Shown here: one piece after another, positions 53,706-63,879 of the stretch | Layout of the letters: every line of letters begins with the position of its first letter | Position numbering within the stretch: position 1 is the first letter of the stretch | Virus record (IMG/VR): IMGVR_UViG_3300025122_000013 | Span: 138 to 64,137 of that record | Origin: a virus | Lineage: Duplodnaviria > Caudoviricetes | Direction: 5' to 3' (one strand) | DNA length: 64,000 nt | Notes under the pieces: generated by a model | What the model saw: only the letters and a program-made list of their open reading frames with translations | What the model was told of the DNA's origin: nothing | The model's database searches: none | Program-made: the position numbers and the translations under genes

Positions 53706-55724
53706 TCATTCACCTTCTACAACGGCATTTTCTAACCCGAGCGTAACTACTGTTGCTCTATTAACACCAATCTGTAGTGGTGGACCCGATTGATCGTCAA
53801 TATTTATATTAACGATACTACTCATCTGATCATCGACGTTAATTATCTGTAACTTATACTGAGCTCCATCTGGAAGAAAATTTAAATCAACTGATTTAGA
53901 TACTAATTTATTCGTCGTTTCAACTGAGTCGTATATCTCTACTAGTTGATTTTTAAATACCTTATAGTACTCAGGATCAAAAAATACTCTTAGCCTTGAA
54001 TGTCCGGAATCTCTCATTGTATCCACAAAAAGATCAGTATTTAAATATAGATTAGGATAGGGTTTTGGTGCTCCTGAAGATGATATAAGATCTAGCTCAA
54101 CCTTATTTTTAAATTTATCAAATGAAACCATAAACTGTGCTGAATAGTTTGATGTTAATCCTCTTGCATCTACTGCGCATACCGAGTAAATATATTTTGA
54201 CTCCTTTGTAAATTCTAAATCTCTAAATGTCTTTGCAGCTGAAGTTAATTTAACTATCTTATCCTCTGGAGCCTCTTCTTTTGTGGGCTGAATAGATGTC
54301 GACTGGTCAAAGTCTAGCATAGCTATTAGCGTAAATGGCACATCAATTGATGCCCTTCTAAAAACCTGGTATCTAGTGACATCTCTCTGCGGATTCATTG
54401 GTGCATCCCACAGTATCATTAAATTATCATTGCCATAATCCCAGATAAATTTAATATCTGTGGGAACTCCTGGTGGGACATTTTCAACACATTCAACTGT
54501 ATCAGTCCTTCCATCAGATGCAACCATGACTACAGCTGTAACAACCTGATCCTCGACCTCTCCGAAGTCATCCCTATCAACTGCTTCAAACCTTGTCAAA
54601 CAAACAGTTTTAACATTGTATATATAAGACCCGCCGTATCTAACTGCAGTATCAAGAAGCTGAATATCTCCATATTTATCAACTATTAATGGCGGATGTT
54701 CGATTCTGCTTCCGTCCGGTGCTATCTCTAATTTTTCCACATAAAACCCAATGGGATAAGATCCCTCATTAAATTTTCCCGAATCTTCCACAGCTGTGGC
54801 ATCAACGGCAGACTCCCAGACTGGCTCTATTGTTATTTCATATTCATCAGCAGATATCGCACCAGGTATTGTAGTTGAAACGGACGCTAACTGTGCAGTC
54901 TCAGCGTGTTTTACCATTGATCTCATCTCATCTTCGTATATATTAGTTTTATCCTCTATCGATCCTCTCACCATATTATTAAAAACAAGATTATTAATAT
55001 TAATATCCCAGTCAAGAAATCTCACAGTCCTAAATGCATCAGATGTTACCTCTTGTCTAACATCTGCTTCTGCATATGTTACTCCCTGTGACTGAATATT
55101 AGATAGCGCATCTCTTATAGCAGAGCCGTCTGATGACCAAGCAGAAGATGCATCTGTATATTCAATTAGCTCCTCTGACTCTGTATTACCATTTACATCA
55201 GTATCGAGACCAAAAAAATTAACAGAACCCTCTATCATTGTATAAAAACTTGAATCTATTTGATCATCTTTTAGGTTAATTCCGCTAAAGTATGCTGATG
55301 CCACTGCACCTTCAAACATCAGCTGGTCTCTCATTTCTGATATTGTTAGTGTGCTGGCTATTCCTTCCAGAAATTCATCAGGATCAGTAAATTCTGCAGC
55401 TGATATATTAATAAGAGAATATCTAGGATATTTGTCTAATTTTGCTAATTGTATATTTTCCTGAGAGGTGTCATTTAAATTTACTACATCTAGAACCCCT
55501 GCAGAGTTTGTCCTCTCATCCTTTGTATAAAAATTATAGACGAACCCTGTTGTTACAGATATCGGCTCTGGTATATTGATGAGTGTTACAGGTCTAGAAG
55601 GATATGTTGTAAAATTCCACTCGTTGGATACGGGCTCAGATTCACTTTGCACTATTTCAGTTGCATCAAATCCGGCTCGCTTTGTAACAGATGATGCTGC
55701 ATCGCTGGCAAATGGTTGTGCCAT
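53706..55724 (-). CDS. Virion protein with fibronectin type III-like domain(s)
   Basis: PPGVPTDI..LMILWDAP..VTRYQVFRR..YIYSVCAVDARGLTSNYS. Confidence 0.6.
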   Translation of the reverse strand: MAQPFASDAASSVTKRAGFDATEIVQSESEPVSNEWNFTTYPSRPVTLINIPEPISVTTGFVYNFYTKDERTNSAGVLDVVNLNDTSQENIQLAKLDKYPRYSLINISAAEFTDPDEFLEGIASTLTISEMRDQLMFEGAVASAYFSGINLKDDQIDSSFYTMIEGSVNFFGLDTDVNGNTESEELIEYTDASSAWSSDGSAIRDALSNIQSQGVTYAEADVRQEVTSDAFRTVRFLDWDININNLVFNNMVRGSIEDKTNIYEDEMRSMVKHAETAQLASVSTTIPGAISADEYEITIEPVWESAVDATAVEDSGKFNEGSYPIGFYVEKLEIAPDGSRIEHPPLIVDKYGDIQLLDTAVRYGGSYIYNVKTVCLTRFEAVDRDDFGEVEDQVVTAVVMVASDGRTDTVECVENVPPGVPTDIKFIWDYGNDNLMILWDAPMNPQRDVTRYQVFRRASIDVPFTLIAMLDFDQSTSIQPTKEEAPEDKIVKLTSAAKTFRDLEFTKESKYIYSVCAVDARGLTSNYSAQFMVSFDKFKNKVELDLISSSGAPKPYPNLYLNTDLFVDTMRDSGHSRLRVFFDPEYYKVFKNQLVEIYDSVETTNKLVSKSVDLNFLPDGAQYKLQIINVDDQMSSIVNINIDDQSGPPLQIGVNRATVVTLGLENAVVEGE

Positions 55725-55781
55725 ATCTCATATCCTCCCTTTAATAAATAGTATAGTCATAGCTTATTCACTTATGCGACG

Positions 55782-58700
55782 TCACAGGTCCAGATAAGAC
55801 TGCTTCCCTTCAGCGCCGCCCTGAGGCTCTGATAAGATATCATCTGCGGCCTGCTCCTCTGATGCAGTACTTGTTTCTCGTGTCATATTCAGCGGACCGC
55901 GTGGTGCATCTGCACCGGTGACCCAGTCATCTGATCCTGCCATAATTAATGTTGCATCAGTTGCTGCTTCGGCGAGCTCTACAGGCATACTGGCAGGAAG
56001 CATTAAAGTCATGTCAGCAAAAAACTGATAATATGTTGGCTTTATGACATCTGCCGCAAGTGAAGACTGCTCATCGGGAAATGCCATAGATTCGTAGTCG
56101 GGCAATCCGGTGGATCCGTCAACTGCAAGATCAAGGGCGCTGTCTGCTGAAGCGTCATTCCAGTCGCTCTCATCAATCAATATACAAAAAACCCTATCAA
56201 AGATCTTTGGGTATAGTATTCTATTCCTATACTTTTTACCACTGAATACTATTGATCGCTGCAACTCTCCTACAAGTCTACTGTAGTTGATGCTACTCAC
56301 TACATCTCTTGTAGGAAACCTCTCTCCAAGCTCAAGCTTGAGCCTATCAAACTCCTGCTCCAGGCCAGGATCTGGTCCATCAAAAAATATCTCCTGTTCT
56401 AAAAAGGGAAAAATATCCTCATTGACATCTATACCAAGTGTTAGCATCATGTATAGCTTGAGATAAAAATCATTGACATGATTTCTAAAAATTGTTTTAT
56501 ATACACTGTCTCTAAGATAATTCTTATCGTATGAATTATAGACATCTCCTTGTGTATCACCAGTAATTCCATCTACTCCGTAGCTGTAGACTGTAGTATT
56601 ATCAAGAAGATCATTTACTGTCCACCCGTCTAAAAACACCTGAGCTGCATCTATATTATCTGCTTCAGACACCTGAACAATACCGGGTGTCGCTGAAGGC
56701 TTTGAGGATCTTCCCTCTATTATAAACTTTGATGTGTCAAAGATGTATTCTTTTGGAATCATCACCTCTGAATCGTCTATGAGATTTCTTCTATAGATCC
56801 TGAGCTTTATAACCGTTGTCTCCCAATACTCTAGATTAGCTGTTGAATCTACGGCTGCATTTCTTAATCTCTCGATTGCTCCTGCTGGAATTCCAACAAC
56901 AAGTATTCTTCTTCTACCTGACCTGTATGTTGTCATGAATTCACCATCCAGTGAGATGGTTGCAAGATCATTCATCTGATTAATCATAGTTGCCTTTGTG
57001 GCCGGCAGATATGGATACTCTCTATTTGCCTGGTTAAGAGAGTCCTTTAATGCATAGTTTAAAGACAGCGAATCTCTTGAAAGTGATGTAAGTGCTAGTC
57101 TTCCAAACTCTGGATCAGATTTGATCATCGCGAGGACCTCGTTTACATCAGAGCTTTCAATGTCTGTATCCTTTAAAAAGCTTGTTAGTGCATCAAGATC
57201 ACCGCTTAACCTATCAAATGCTGCGACAAGGTAATAAACATTATTAACAATATTTACATCCTGTTCTAATATCCTCGTGTATGCAAACTGTGCTATATCG
57301 TATGCTGTTCTTATCTGTTCAAGTTCACCATACCTGTTATTTCCGGACCAGTCATAATGGCAGCCGCCGTCGTAACCTTCCAGTGTTGCCTGATAGTCCC
57401 AGTTTACTTGACCACCTTTTCTTAAAAATGTTATTGCGTCAAAGAGGCCTGCTCCTGCCCTTTTACTGTACCATATCTCTGCTCCTACATCAGCTTCTCC
57501 GCCGATGCTGGAGAAGCCAGTTTCTGAAGACATGTTTCCTCCAAACCACCCAGTCTTGACGGGGGGGTTGCTCGCCGGCTCCGGCTCCGGAGGGGGAGGT
57601 GTAACTCTTGCCCACATTGATCCAAGTAACATAGACTCTATGAACATGTAAGCGATTGCCACCCTTGTGTAATATGTCGCCGGCAGGTAGTCAGAGATGA
57701 CATTATTAAAGGCCTGTGTGGAGCCTCCATATATAAGTGACATATGTGTCTGGAAGTCATTGACTGCCCTCCAGCAGAGAGAAAGCGGAGATCGATTACC
57801 AGTTCCAGAAAGTGCCTCTGCAATTTGGTCCTGTGTTAATGAATCAGTTGTGTTTATACAGAGTTTTCTAATATCAGAATCTTCTGCATCACCTCGAAAA
57901 CCAGCTCCACTTTGCACACTCACTCTATCAACATATTCTCCTGTTCCCGCGTGATTTCCTACAGAGATGCCATCTGAATTTGTGCACCAGCTATATATTG
58001 CGGCAGATGCTTCGTAAATATATTGGTCTCGTACCTCACTCATGTCTTCAGACTCATCTTGTCTATCTGCTGCGTGAGTCATTGCTATCTTGAATAGTAA
58101 AAATGAAATCTCCTCATCCGCAGCACCGATAAGCATGCACCACAGCTGAACAGCCTCCTGCCAGTCTAGATTTGTTCCATGGCCAGCCACATCACTACCG
58201 TAGCGCTGTAGCTCATCCAATATTATATCTAAAAATGATGCCGCTGATGTTTTTCCATTCAGGCCTATGGGAGCGGATACTTCGAGGGTGTTATTAAGGG
58301 ACGCAAGGTCGTCGCTTACCGCAGTTGTATCGTGAAGGACAAGAAGATTTAACATATTTATCAACTGAGATTTCATGACTTTAAGCTTGTCGCTAAATGC
58401 ATCCATCCTGATAAGTGATTCGTCTATATTTGCGCTGAGTAGCTCTCCTAAAAGATATCTTTTTCCAGACTCCTGATTAAATGTTCCATCGGGAACATTG
58501 GTACCGATATTGAATGATAGGACCTTTCCGTCATCTCCGATTGGCGTAAGAAGCTCTAGTATAAGTGAGCCAGGCTCTCCTTTTGGGCTTATATTATTAA
58601 TATTTGATTGCGAAGATGTAGGATCTAGACCAAGCATCGCATACAATGCACCGGCTACATTTATAACTGTAGGTGAATCCGACACTCCGACTACCCCTGT

Positions 58701-59927
58701 CAGCAAGCTGCTTGCGACGTAGCTACTAAGCTTTGTAGTAGATGTCGCACTAAAGATATTATCAAATCCTAAATCTTCTAATGTGTATCTAGAAAAAGAA
58801 TTTAATAAAATGTAATGTGACCCAATGATCCTGCATAAATATGCGACATTTAGTGCACCCGTCTCATCATCAAATATGAGATCTCTCATGGCCACATAAT
58901 CACCGAGCGTAAAGGAAGCCGCGTCGGTAGTAGACGTGTTGGTTGAATTTGAAAATCCAACTGTTTTAAATCCGAAGCTATCTGAGCTTACGGTCCAAAA
59001 TTCTGACGAAAATTGCCACGCTTGTAATATTGAAATCATACTCTGAGCTGTGTCAGCATTGATTCCTATGATCTCACCACCGTCTGAAGATGATTTATTA
59101 TTATATTGATTTCCACTAATTGGAAATAGTATTCTATTAATTGTGTCACAAAGTATCTGAACGAGCACAGCTGTATCAGTTGAATCCATTATGAAGCCGC
59201 TTCTAAAGAATAGATTTGTCGTGAGATGCTCTACTAGGCTTAGTACACCCTTTGACTTGTTTGTTACAATGTCATCATCAAATGAATCATATATCCCATC
59301 AATGGTGCTATTAGAATTATCTAAATACGAATTTGCCCTAACCTGCATAGAATATAGAATGGCAGTTATCAGTTTATAAAGTCTACTCAACCACTCAAGA
59401 ACTGTCTGAGCCTCTTCCATATAGGAATTGTATTGATTTATCAATGCTTCAGAGTCGACCAAAAGAGACTCACTAGACTCTGTAGCTTCGAATTGTAAGG
59501 TTCCATCTACTGCGTGGAGGCCCATCTCCTGAGATAAAAACTCTAGGGCCTCTGAATATCTTAGCTGTTTTAATTGACCCTGCATATCCATTAATTCTGC
59601 TGCTGCTGATGAATACGTTGTTTCATTTATTCCTGTCTCAACTGCATCTAAGACACTTTCAACAGGAGCCTTGTACTCTACAGATGACAAGATATCTAAT
59701 CTTGTTTGAGAAAATCCTCTTTCAACCAATACTGCCTCTAGATCATCATTTTTGAAATCATTTCCATAATTATATCCAGATACAGCGGCTTGATCACTTG
59801 TTAGATCACTATCTACTTCAAAATTTGAAGAAATAATAGACGTGGGACTAAAGTTATAATCTGCCAGGTCTATGGGAACAATTGTCATGTCAGCATGACC
59901 CATAGAAAACTTTGATGGAATTGGCAT
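55782..59927 (-). CDS. Large acidic hypothetical protein (1381 aa), probably structural
   Basis: Long uninterrupted ORF in the virion cluster; no motif recognised. Confidence 0.6.
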   Translation of the reverse strand: MPIPSKFSMGHADMTIVPIDLADYNFSPTSIISSNFEVDSDLTSDQAAVSGYNYGNDFKNDDLEAVLVERGFSQTRLDILSSVEYKAPVESVLDAVETGINETTYSSAAAELMDMQGQLKQLRYSEALEFLSQEMGLHAVDGTLQFEATESSESLLVDSEALINQYNSYMEEAQTVLEWLSRLYKLITAILYSMQVRANSYLDNSNSTIDGIYDSFDDDIVTNKSKGVLSLVEHLTTNLFFRSGFIMDSTDTAVLVQILCDTINRILFPISGNQYNNKSSSDGGEIIGINADTAQSMISILQAWQFSSEFWTVSSDSFGFKTVGFSNSTNTSTTDAASFTLGDYVAMRDLIFDDETGALNVAYLCRIIGSHYILLNSFSRYTLEDLGFDNIFSATSTTKLSSYVASSLLTGVVGVSDSPTVINVAGALYAMLGLDPTSSQSNINNISPKGEPGSLILELLTPIGDDGKVLSFNIGTNVPDGTFNQESGKRYLLGELLSANIDESLIRMDAFSDKLKVMKSQLINMLNLLVLHDTTAVSDDLASLNNTLEVSAPIGLNGKTSAASFLDIILDELQRYGSDVAGHGTNLDWQEAVQLWCMLIGAADEEISFLLFKIAMTHAADRQDESEDMSEVRDQYIYEASAAIYSWCTNSDGISVGNHAGTGEYVDRVSVQSGAGFRGDAEDSDIRKLCINTTDSLTQDQIAEALSGTGNRSPLSLCWRAVNDFQTHMSLIYGGSTQAFNNVISDYLPATYYTRVAIAYMFIESMLLGSMWARVTPPPPEPEPASNPPVKTGWFGGNMSSETGFSSIGGEADVGAEIWYSKRAGAGLFDAITFLRKGGQVNWDYQATLEGYDGGCHYDWSGNNRYGELEQIRTAYDIAQFAYTRILEQDVNIVNNVYYLVAAFDRLSGDLDALTSFLKDTDIESSDVNEVLAMIKSDPEFGRLALTSLSRDSLSLNYALKDSLNQANREYPYLPATKATMINQMNDLATISLDGEFMTTYRSGRRRILVVGIPAGAIERLRNAAVDSTANLEYWETTVIKLRIYRRNLIDDSEVMIPKEYIFDTSKFIIEGRSSKPSATPGIVQVSEADNIDAAQVFLDGWTVNDLLDNTTVYSYGVDGITGDTQGDVYNSYDKNYLRDSVYKTIFRNHVNDFYLKLYMMLTLGIDVNEDIFPFLEQEIFFDGPDPGLEQEFDRLKLELGERFPTRDVVSSINYSRLVGELQRSIVFSGKKYRNRILYPKIFDRVFCILIDESDWNDASADSALDLAVDGSTGLPDYESMAFPDEQSSLAADVIKPTYYQFFADMTLMLPASMPVELAEAATDATLIMAGSDDWVTGADAPRGPLNMTRETSTASEEQAADDILSEPQGGAEGKQSYLDL

Positions 59928-59932
59928 GTTCT

Positions 59933-62674
59933 TTATCCCCTGTATCCTAGAGCTTCAGTCTCTTTTTCTTGAATTATTGTTCCCAGTTTTGTAGTGGGTC
60001 CAATATCACCATCATAAAACACAGGCTGAATAAGATATTCTATTTTTCCAATAAATTTTTTATTGGATGAATCAATAAATCTATACCCATCCTGAACTGA
60101 TTCTCCAAATGATGTTCCTGCACAATATATTCTTTCATTCTTTTTTGCTTTTATGATAAAATAGTCAACTAGCCCATAGCTTGAAGAACCTGTTTTTCTA
60201 ATAGACCACTTTATAAGATTTGATCCGCTACCAGTTCTTGAAATTCCTATTGGAGAAATTTCTATTTCTCCTATGCCAGTATTCACCTTAAAATCAACAA
60301 AATCTCCGGTAATATTAACACCAAGAAGAGAAGATCTATGATTTTCCTGTAGTGCTAAACCCGTGCTTAGTGTTCCAGTTCCAAGTGAAATAGAGGAATA
60401 TGACTTGTCTAGTGACATAACAGATAGTGAAGCCGCAGCGTTTTCTCCGCCAGAAGCTATATCTTGATTTAATGCAACTGTAGACTTTATTGATGCCAAT
60501 GCCATTGGATCTCTTAAAAGTGCTGTTGAAGCTATAACGGGTTCTGATTGTGCAGCACCATATGTAAGCTCATTTATAGCATCTTCAGGTGACACTAGAG
60601 CTGACATAACTCTATATGAGTATTTTCTTCCCAATTTTGGAGGAGATATGTTTGTTCCGTCATCGTTTATTGTTCCTCCGGCGAAAACACCCATATACTC
60701 CATTTCACCTGATATCAAATCATCTCTATACACAGTATACGATATCAAATTTTGAAAATCAGAAGATATAGATTCAAGACCTTTATCATAATATCCCTGT
60801 AGCCCTGCGTCGTTTAAAAGGGCTACTAGCTTATCTGCATCTGTCTCTTTTATTTTTCCTTCTACATCAAAGGATACAGATCCAACATTTTCATGTGATC
60901 TTGATGAGTTTTGAGACGCCTTATCAGAAAATGATATATTTGAAACTAATATTTCAACAATACCTTGCGGCTCTATAAAATTATGAATTCTGGATACTGA
61001 TGAGATCATATTTATTCCACTCTGCGTTACCAGTCCTACAGTATATTGATAAATCCTTCCCTCCATGACATTTCTATCTACTACCGTGTAGTTCTTAATT
61101 AGTGATCCCACACCTGCATATCTTGACAGCTTATCTCCTCCTTCATTTTCATCTCTCGTAATAGTTTTTGTAACAACCTCATACGTTCGTTGATGACATG
61201 TAAGATCTTTTCTCATTATATACGCTGCAGCAAATACTCCGGGAACATCTTTTATCACTACCTCGACTCCACCCTTTATTGATCTTGTGGAAAGCGTAAC
61301 ATGTCGAGATATATGATTTCCTGCGACAATAGATGATGTATTGAAATTTCCGTATCTTTTTCCTGATGTTCCAATTCCTATGACTCTAAATATATAAATT
61401 GATCCATCTTCAGGATTTGTAATCGTATTATCTACTTCCTTAATCAACGATCCGGGAGATGAAAAATTAATTCCTCTAGACTGAATTTTATTACGAGAAG
61501 GTGGTGAACTGAGCACAGTTGTGACTGGAAAAGTACCAATATTATAAAATCTTGAATCTAATAATGCATGTGTATCTCTTATGACTCTAACATATACATC
61601 CCAGCCGGTTATTCTTGGATCATTTTTTTCACTAAACCTAAAGACGGTATTATTAGAAGGAAATTCACCCTTTTCACATGAAATTTTTGGAAATGAATCC
61701 GGAGAAAGAAAATCTGATAGCATTGCTTGATGATCTACATCAAATCTAATTGTTTGCCCTATTATTCCTCTCTCTCCCACTATGTCTACACTCACAGAAA
61801 ATGTTGAATTTTTTATATCATTTGGAATTAATTTGCATACGACTTCCATCTCCCTTATAATAGCGGGCTCATCTACCATAAAGGCTATCAAGTCGCTTGA
61901 TTTAAATTCACCTACAGAATTATTAGGCGGATTTGAGATATTTTGTGAAACAGAATCTCTCATAGCATTCATGATATTGTCTTCATGCTTAGTTCCTCTT
62001 GATATGTCTGGTGTTACAAATGTTCCAACTTCGTCTATTGGAGTTTCATCGCTTGTGGCAAAGAAAAATGTTGAAGAATCTACTCCAGCTCTTAATGCCT
62101 CAACATAGTTTTCCCTAAAGTCATTTTGACTTACTCCATCACTTTTAAACTGTATTGCTCTCTGATGAACAATAGCATCTGCATCTCTATTTTGAAGACT
62201 TCCTGCTCGAACAAGTACGGTCTTTTTTTGTGTTCCAAACATATCTTTATCTGGAATCTTTCCAAAACTATTAATCTTAAAGCTATCAATGTACTTTCTA
62301 AGATCTATAAATTCTCTATAGATTATTCCTTTTTTGTCAGAAATAGATATCTGCCTCTTGTTGTCATCTGTCTTTCTTAAAACAGCTGCTGTTACACCCA
62401 AAGGAGTTGTCTTTTTCATATCACCAAACATTGTATACTTTCTTTTTTTAGCCTTTGACCTTAGCGTAATTCTGGCCTGGACACTATTTGACTTTAATGC
62501 CTTTTTTAAATTTGCATTAAATTTAAACTTATAAACGTAGTATGTTTTGGAATATGAATTAATTTGATCATTTACAATATTGAAGTCTTCCTCTTTTATT
62601 ATATCAATCAGCTTAGCATCTTCAAATGTAGCTCTAGATAGGATTCCAATATTTCTTTTCTTTTTAACAAACAT
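59933..62674 (-). CDS. Hypothetical virion protein with Fn3/Ig-like beta segments
   Basis: GSIYIFRVIG, GRIYQYTVG and GRKYSYRV strand motifs. Confidence 0.5.
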   Translation of the reverse strand: MFVKKKRNIGILSRATFEDAKLIDIIKEEDFNIVNDQINSYSKTYYVYKFKFNANLKKALKSNSVQARITLRSKAKKRKYTMFGDMKKTTPLGVTAAVLRKTDDNKRQISISDKKGIIYREFIDLRKYIDSFKINSFGKIPDKDMFGTQKKTVLVRAGSLQNRDADAIVHQRAIQFKSDGVSQNDFRENYVEALRAGVDSSTFFFATSDETPIDEVGTFVTPDISRGTKHEDNIMNAMRDSVSQNISNPPNNSVGEFKSSDLIAFMVDEPAIIREMEVVCKLIPNDIKNSTFSVSVDIVGERGIIGQTIRFDVDHQAMLSDFLSPDSFPKISCEKGEFPSNNTVFRFSEKNDPRITGWDVYVRVIRDTHALLDSRFYNIGTFPVTTVLSSPPSRNKIQSRGINFSSPGSLIKEVDNTITNPEDGSIYIFRVIGIGTSGKRYGNFNTSSIVAGNHISRHVTLSTRSIKGGVEVVIKDVPGVFAAAYIMRKDLTCHQRTYEVVTKTITRDENEGGDKLSRYAGVGSLIKNYTVVDRNVMEGRIYQYTVGLVTQSGINMISSVSRIHNFIEPQGIVEILVSNISFSDKASQNSSRSHENVGSVSFDVEGKIKETDADKLVALLNDAGLQGYYDKGLESISSDFQNLISYTVYRDDLISGEMEYMGVFAGGTINDDGTNISPPKLGRKYSYRVMSALVSPEDAINELTYGAAQSEPVIASTALLRDPMALASIKSTVALNQDIASGGENAAASLSVMSLDKSYSSISLGTGTLSTGLALQENHRSSLLGVNITGDFVDFKVNTGIGEIEISPIGISRTGSGSNLIKWSIRKTGSSSYGLVDYFIIKAKKNERIYCAGTSFGESVQDGYRFIDSSNKKFIGKIEYLIQPVFYDGDIGPTTKLGTIIQEKETEALGYRG

Positions 62675-63831
62675 TAGTCTAAAATTATCGTGAATAGGTT
62701 AACAAATGTAGGGATTCCCTGAGCATCTAAGAATATCTTTCCTGCAAAAAATATATGTTTATTAGGCCTAATATCATCGCTTATAGAAAATTCTCCATAG
62801 TCTATGACATCAAGTTTTGTAAAATTAAGCTGATTATTATTTATTTCAAATAGCTGCATAACAATATTATTTCCAACAGAGGTCTCTGTGAAATATAGGT
62901 TAAATCTTTCTCTTGCTACCTCTAGAGTTGAAAGGTTGATGACCCCTGTTTGTTGACCAAATGCCTCTGGGAGAGGATCTCCGGCCTGGATTGCGCCGGC
63001 GCGCACTCCAGATGTCCACGGAGTTAATGTACTTGAATCGGTATCTGTAAAAGAGTCAGGATCTAGACCCTCAGATCCCTCTCCATTTAAATGAATCATA
63101 AGGTCTTCATATGTTAACTCTGTAGGCCTATTGAGCATTACATAATCGTCGGGTGGCTTTGCAAGAAGACTTCCTGTGGGCTCTGTGTATATATCAAAAG
63201 GATTTGTTACAGGCTCATTTCCTAGAGGTGGAAGAAATTTAAAATTAGGAATGTGAGTTAATCTATCATCTGTAAAAAGCGGAGATATAGAATCGATATT
63301 TGTGACCATCTCACTTGGTCCCTGAATCCACGGAAAGGTATTTATTATTGTGTATGTTGTATCATTCTGGCTTAAAGAAAAATTTCTTTTCGTATCGTCT
63401 CCAGCAAGAGTTCCTATCATGTATAGATTCTTAAAATTATCAATAGATGATGTTAATAATCCACTTGAAAGACTTGCAAAGTCTCCGGACCCAGAGACAA
63501 ACTTAAATGAATTGACATCTGCGCTTTCTCCATCTTTCTTGAATAGTTCTCCTCCCATTAATGTCAAAGAAGGGTCTATATTGTAGCCTAAAAGCTGACC
63601 AGAATCATCTGTCTCAAATGTTATAAAATCCTGTGGCCGGCTTGTGGCCTCAAAATATATTCTATCTGTTGCATCTGTAGATCCGCTTACTGCATCAGCC
63701 TCATAATATGTCGCTCCATCTGTTAGAGATACATACTCAATTCTTAGCCTTCCGCTTGCTATTTGAGACTTTCCCTGATCTGTTACAACAGAATCAAAAA
63801 TTCTAGTCTTGCTATCAAGTATACCTGCCAT
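62674..63831 (-). CDS. Virion protein, N-terminus paralogous to 52945..53640
   Basis: MAGILDSKTRIFDSVVTDQGKSQIA..IEYVSLTD versus MGFLDQSTNNIILDAVLTDKGRESLA..FAFGD. Confidence 0.6.
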   Translation of the reverse strand: MAGILDSKTRIFDSVVTDQGKSQIASGRLRIEYVSLTDGATYYEADAVSGSTDATDRIYFEATSRPQDFITFETDDSGQLLGYNIDPSLTLMGGELFKKDGESADVNSFKFVSGSGDFASLSSGLLTSSIDNFKNLYMIGTLAGDDTKRNFSLSQNDTTYTIINTFPWIQGPSEMVTNIDSISPLFTDDRLTHIPNFKFLPPLGNEPVTNPFDIYTEPTGSLLAKPPDDYVMLNRPTELTYEDLMIHLNGEGSEGLDPDSFTDTDSSTLTPWTSGVRAGAIQAGDPLPEAFGQQTGVINLSTLEVARERFNLYFTETSVGNNIVMQLFEINNNQLNFTKLDVIDYGEFSISDDIRPNKHIFFAGKIFLDAQGIPTFVNLFTIILD

Positions 63832-63879
63832 ATATCTTCCGCCTGATTATACGTATTTATCTGATAAAAGTAACAACAC

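Noticed and set aside
155-63586. Numerous plus-strand ORFs (60-206 aa) and short nested minus-strand ORFs in the track
   Set aside because: They overlap well-supported minus-strand genes, show antisense-shadow composition (Ser/Ile/Leu/Phe-rich) and carry no recognisable motifs.
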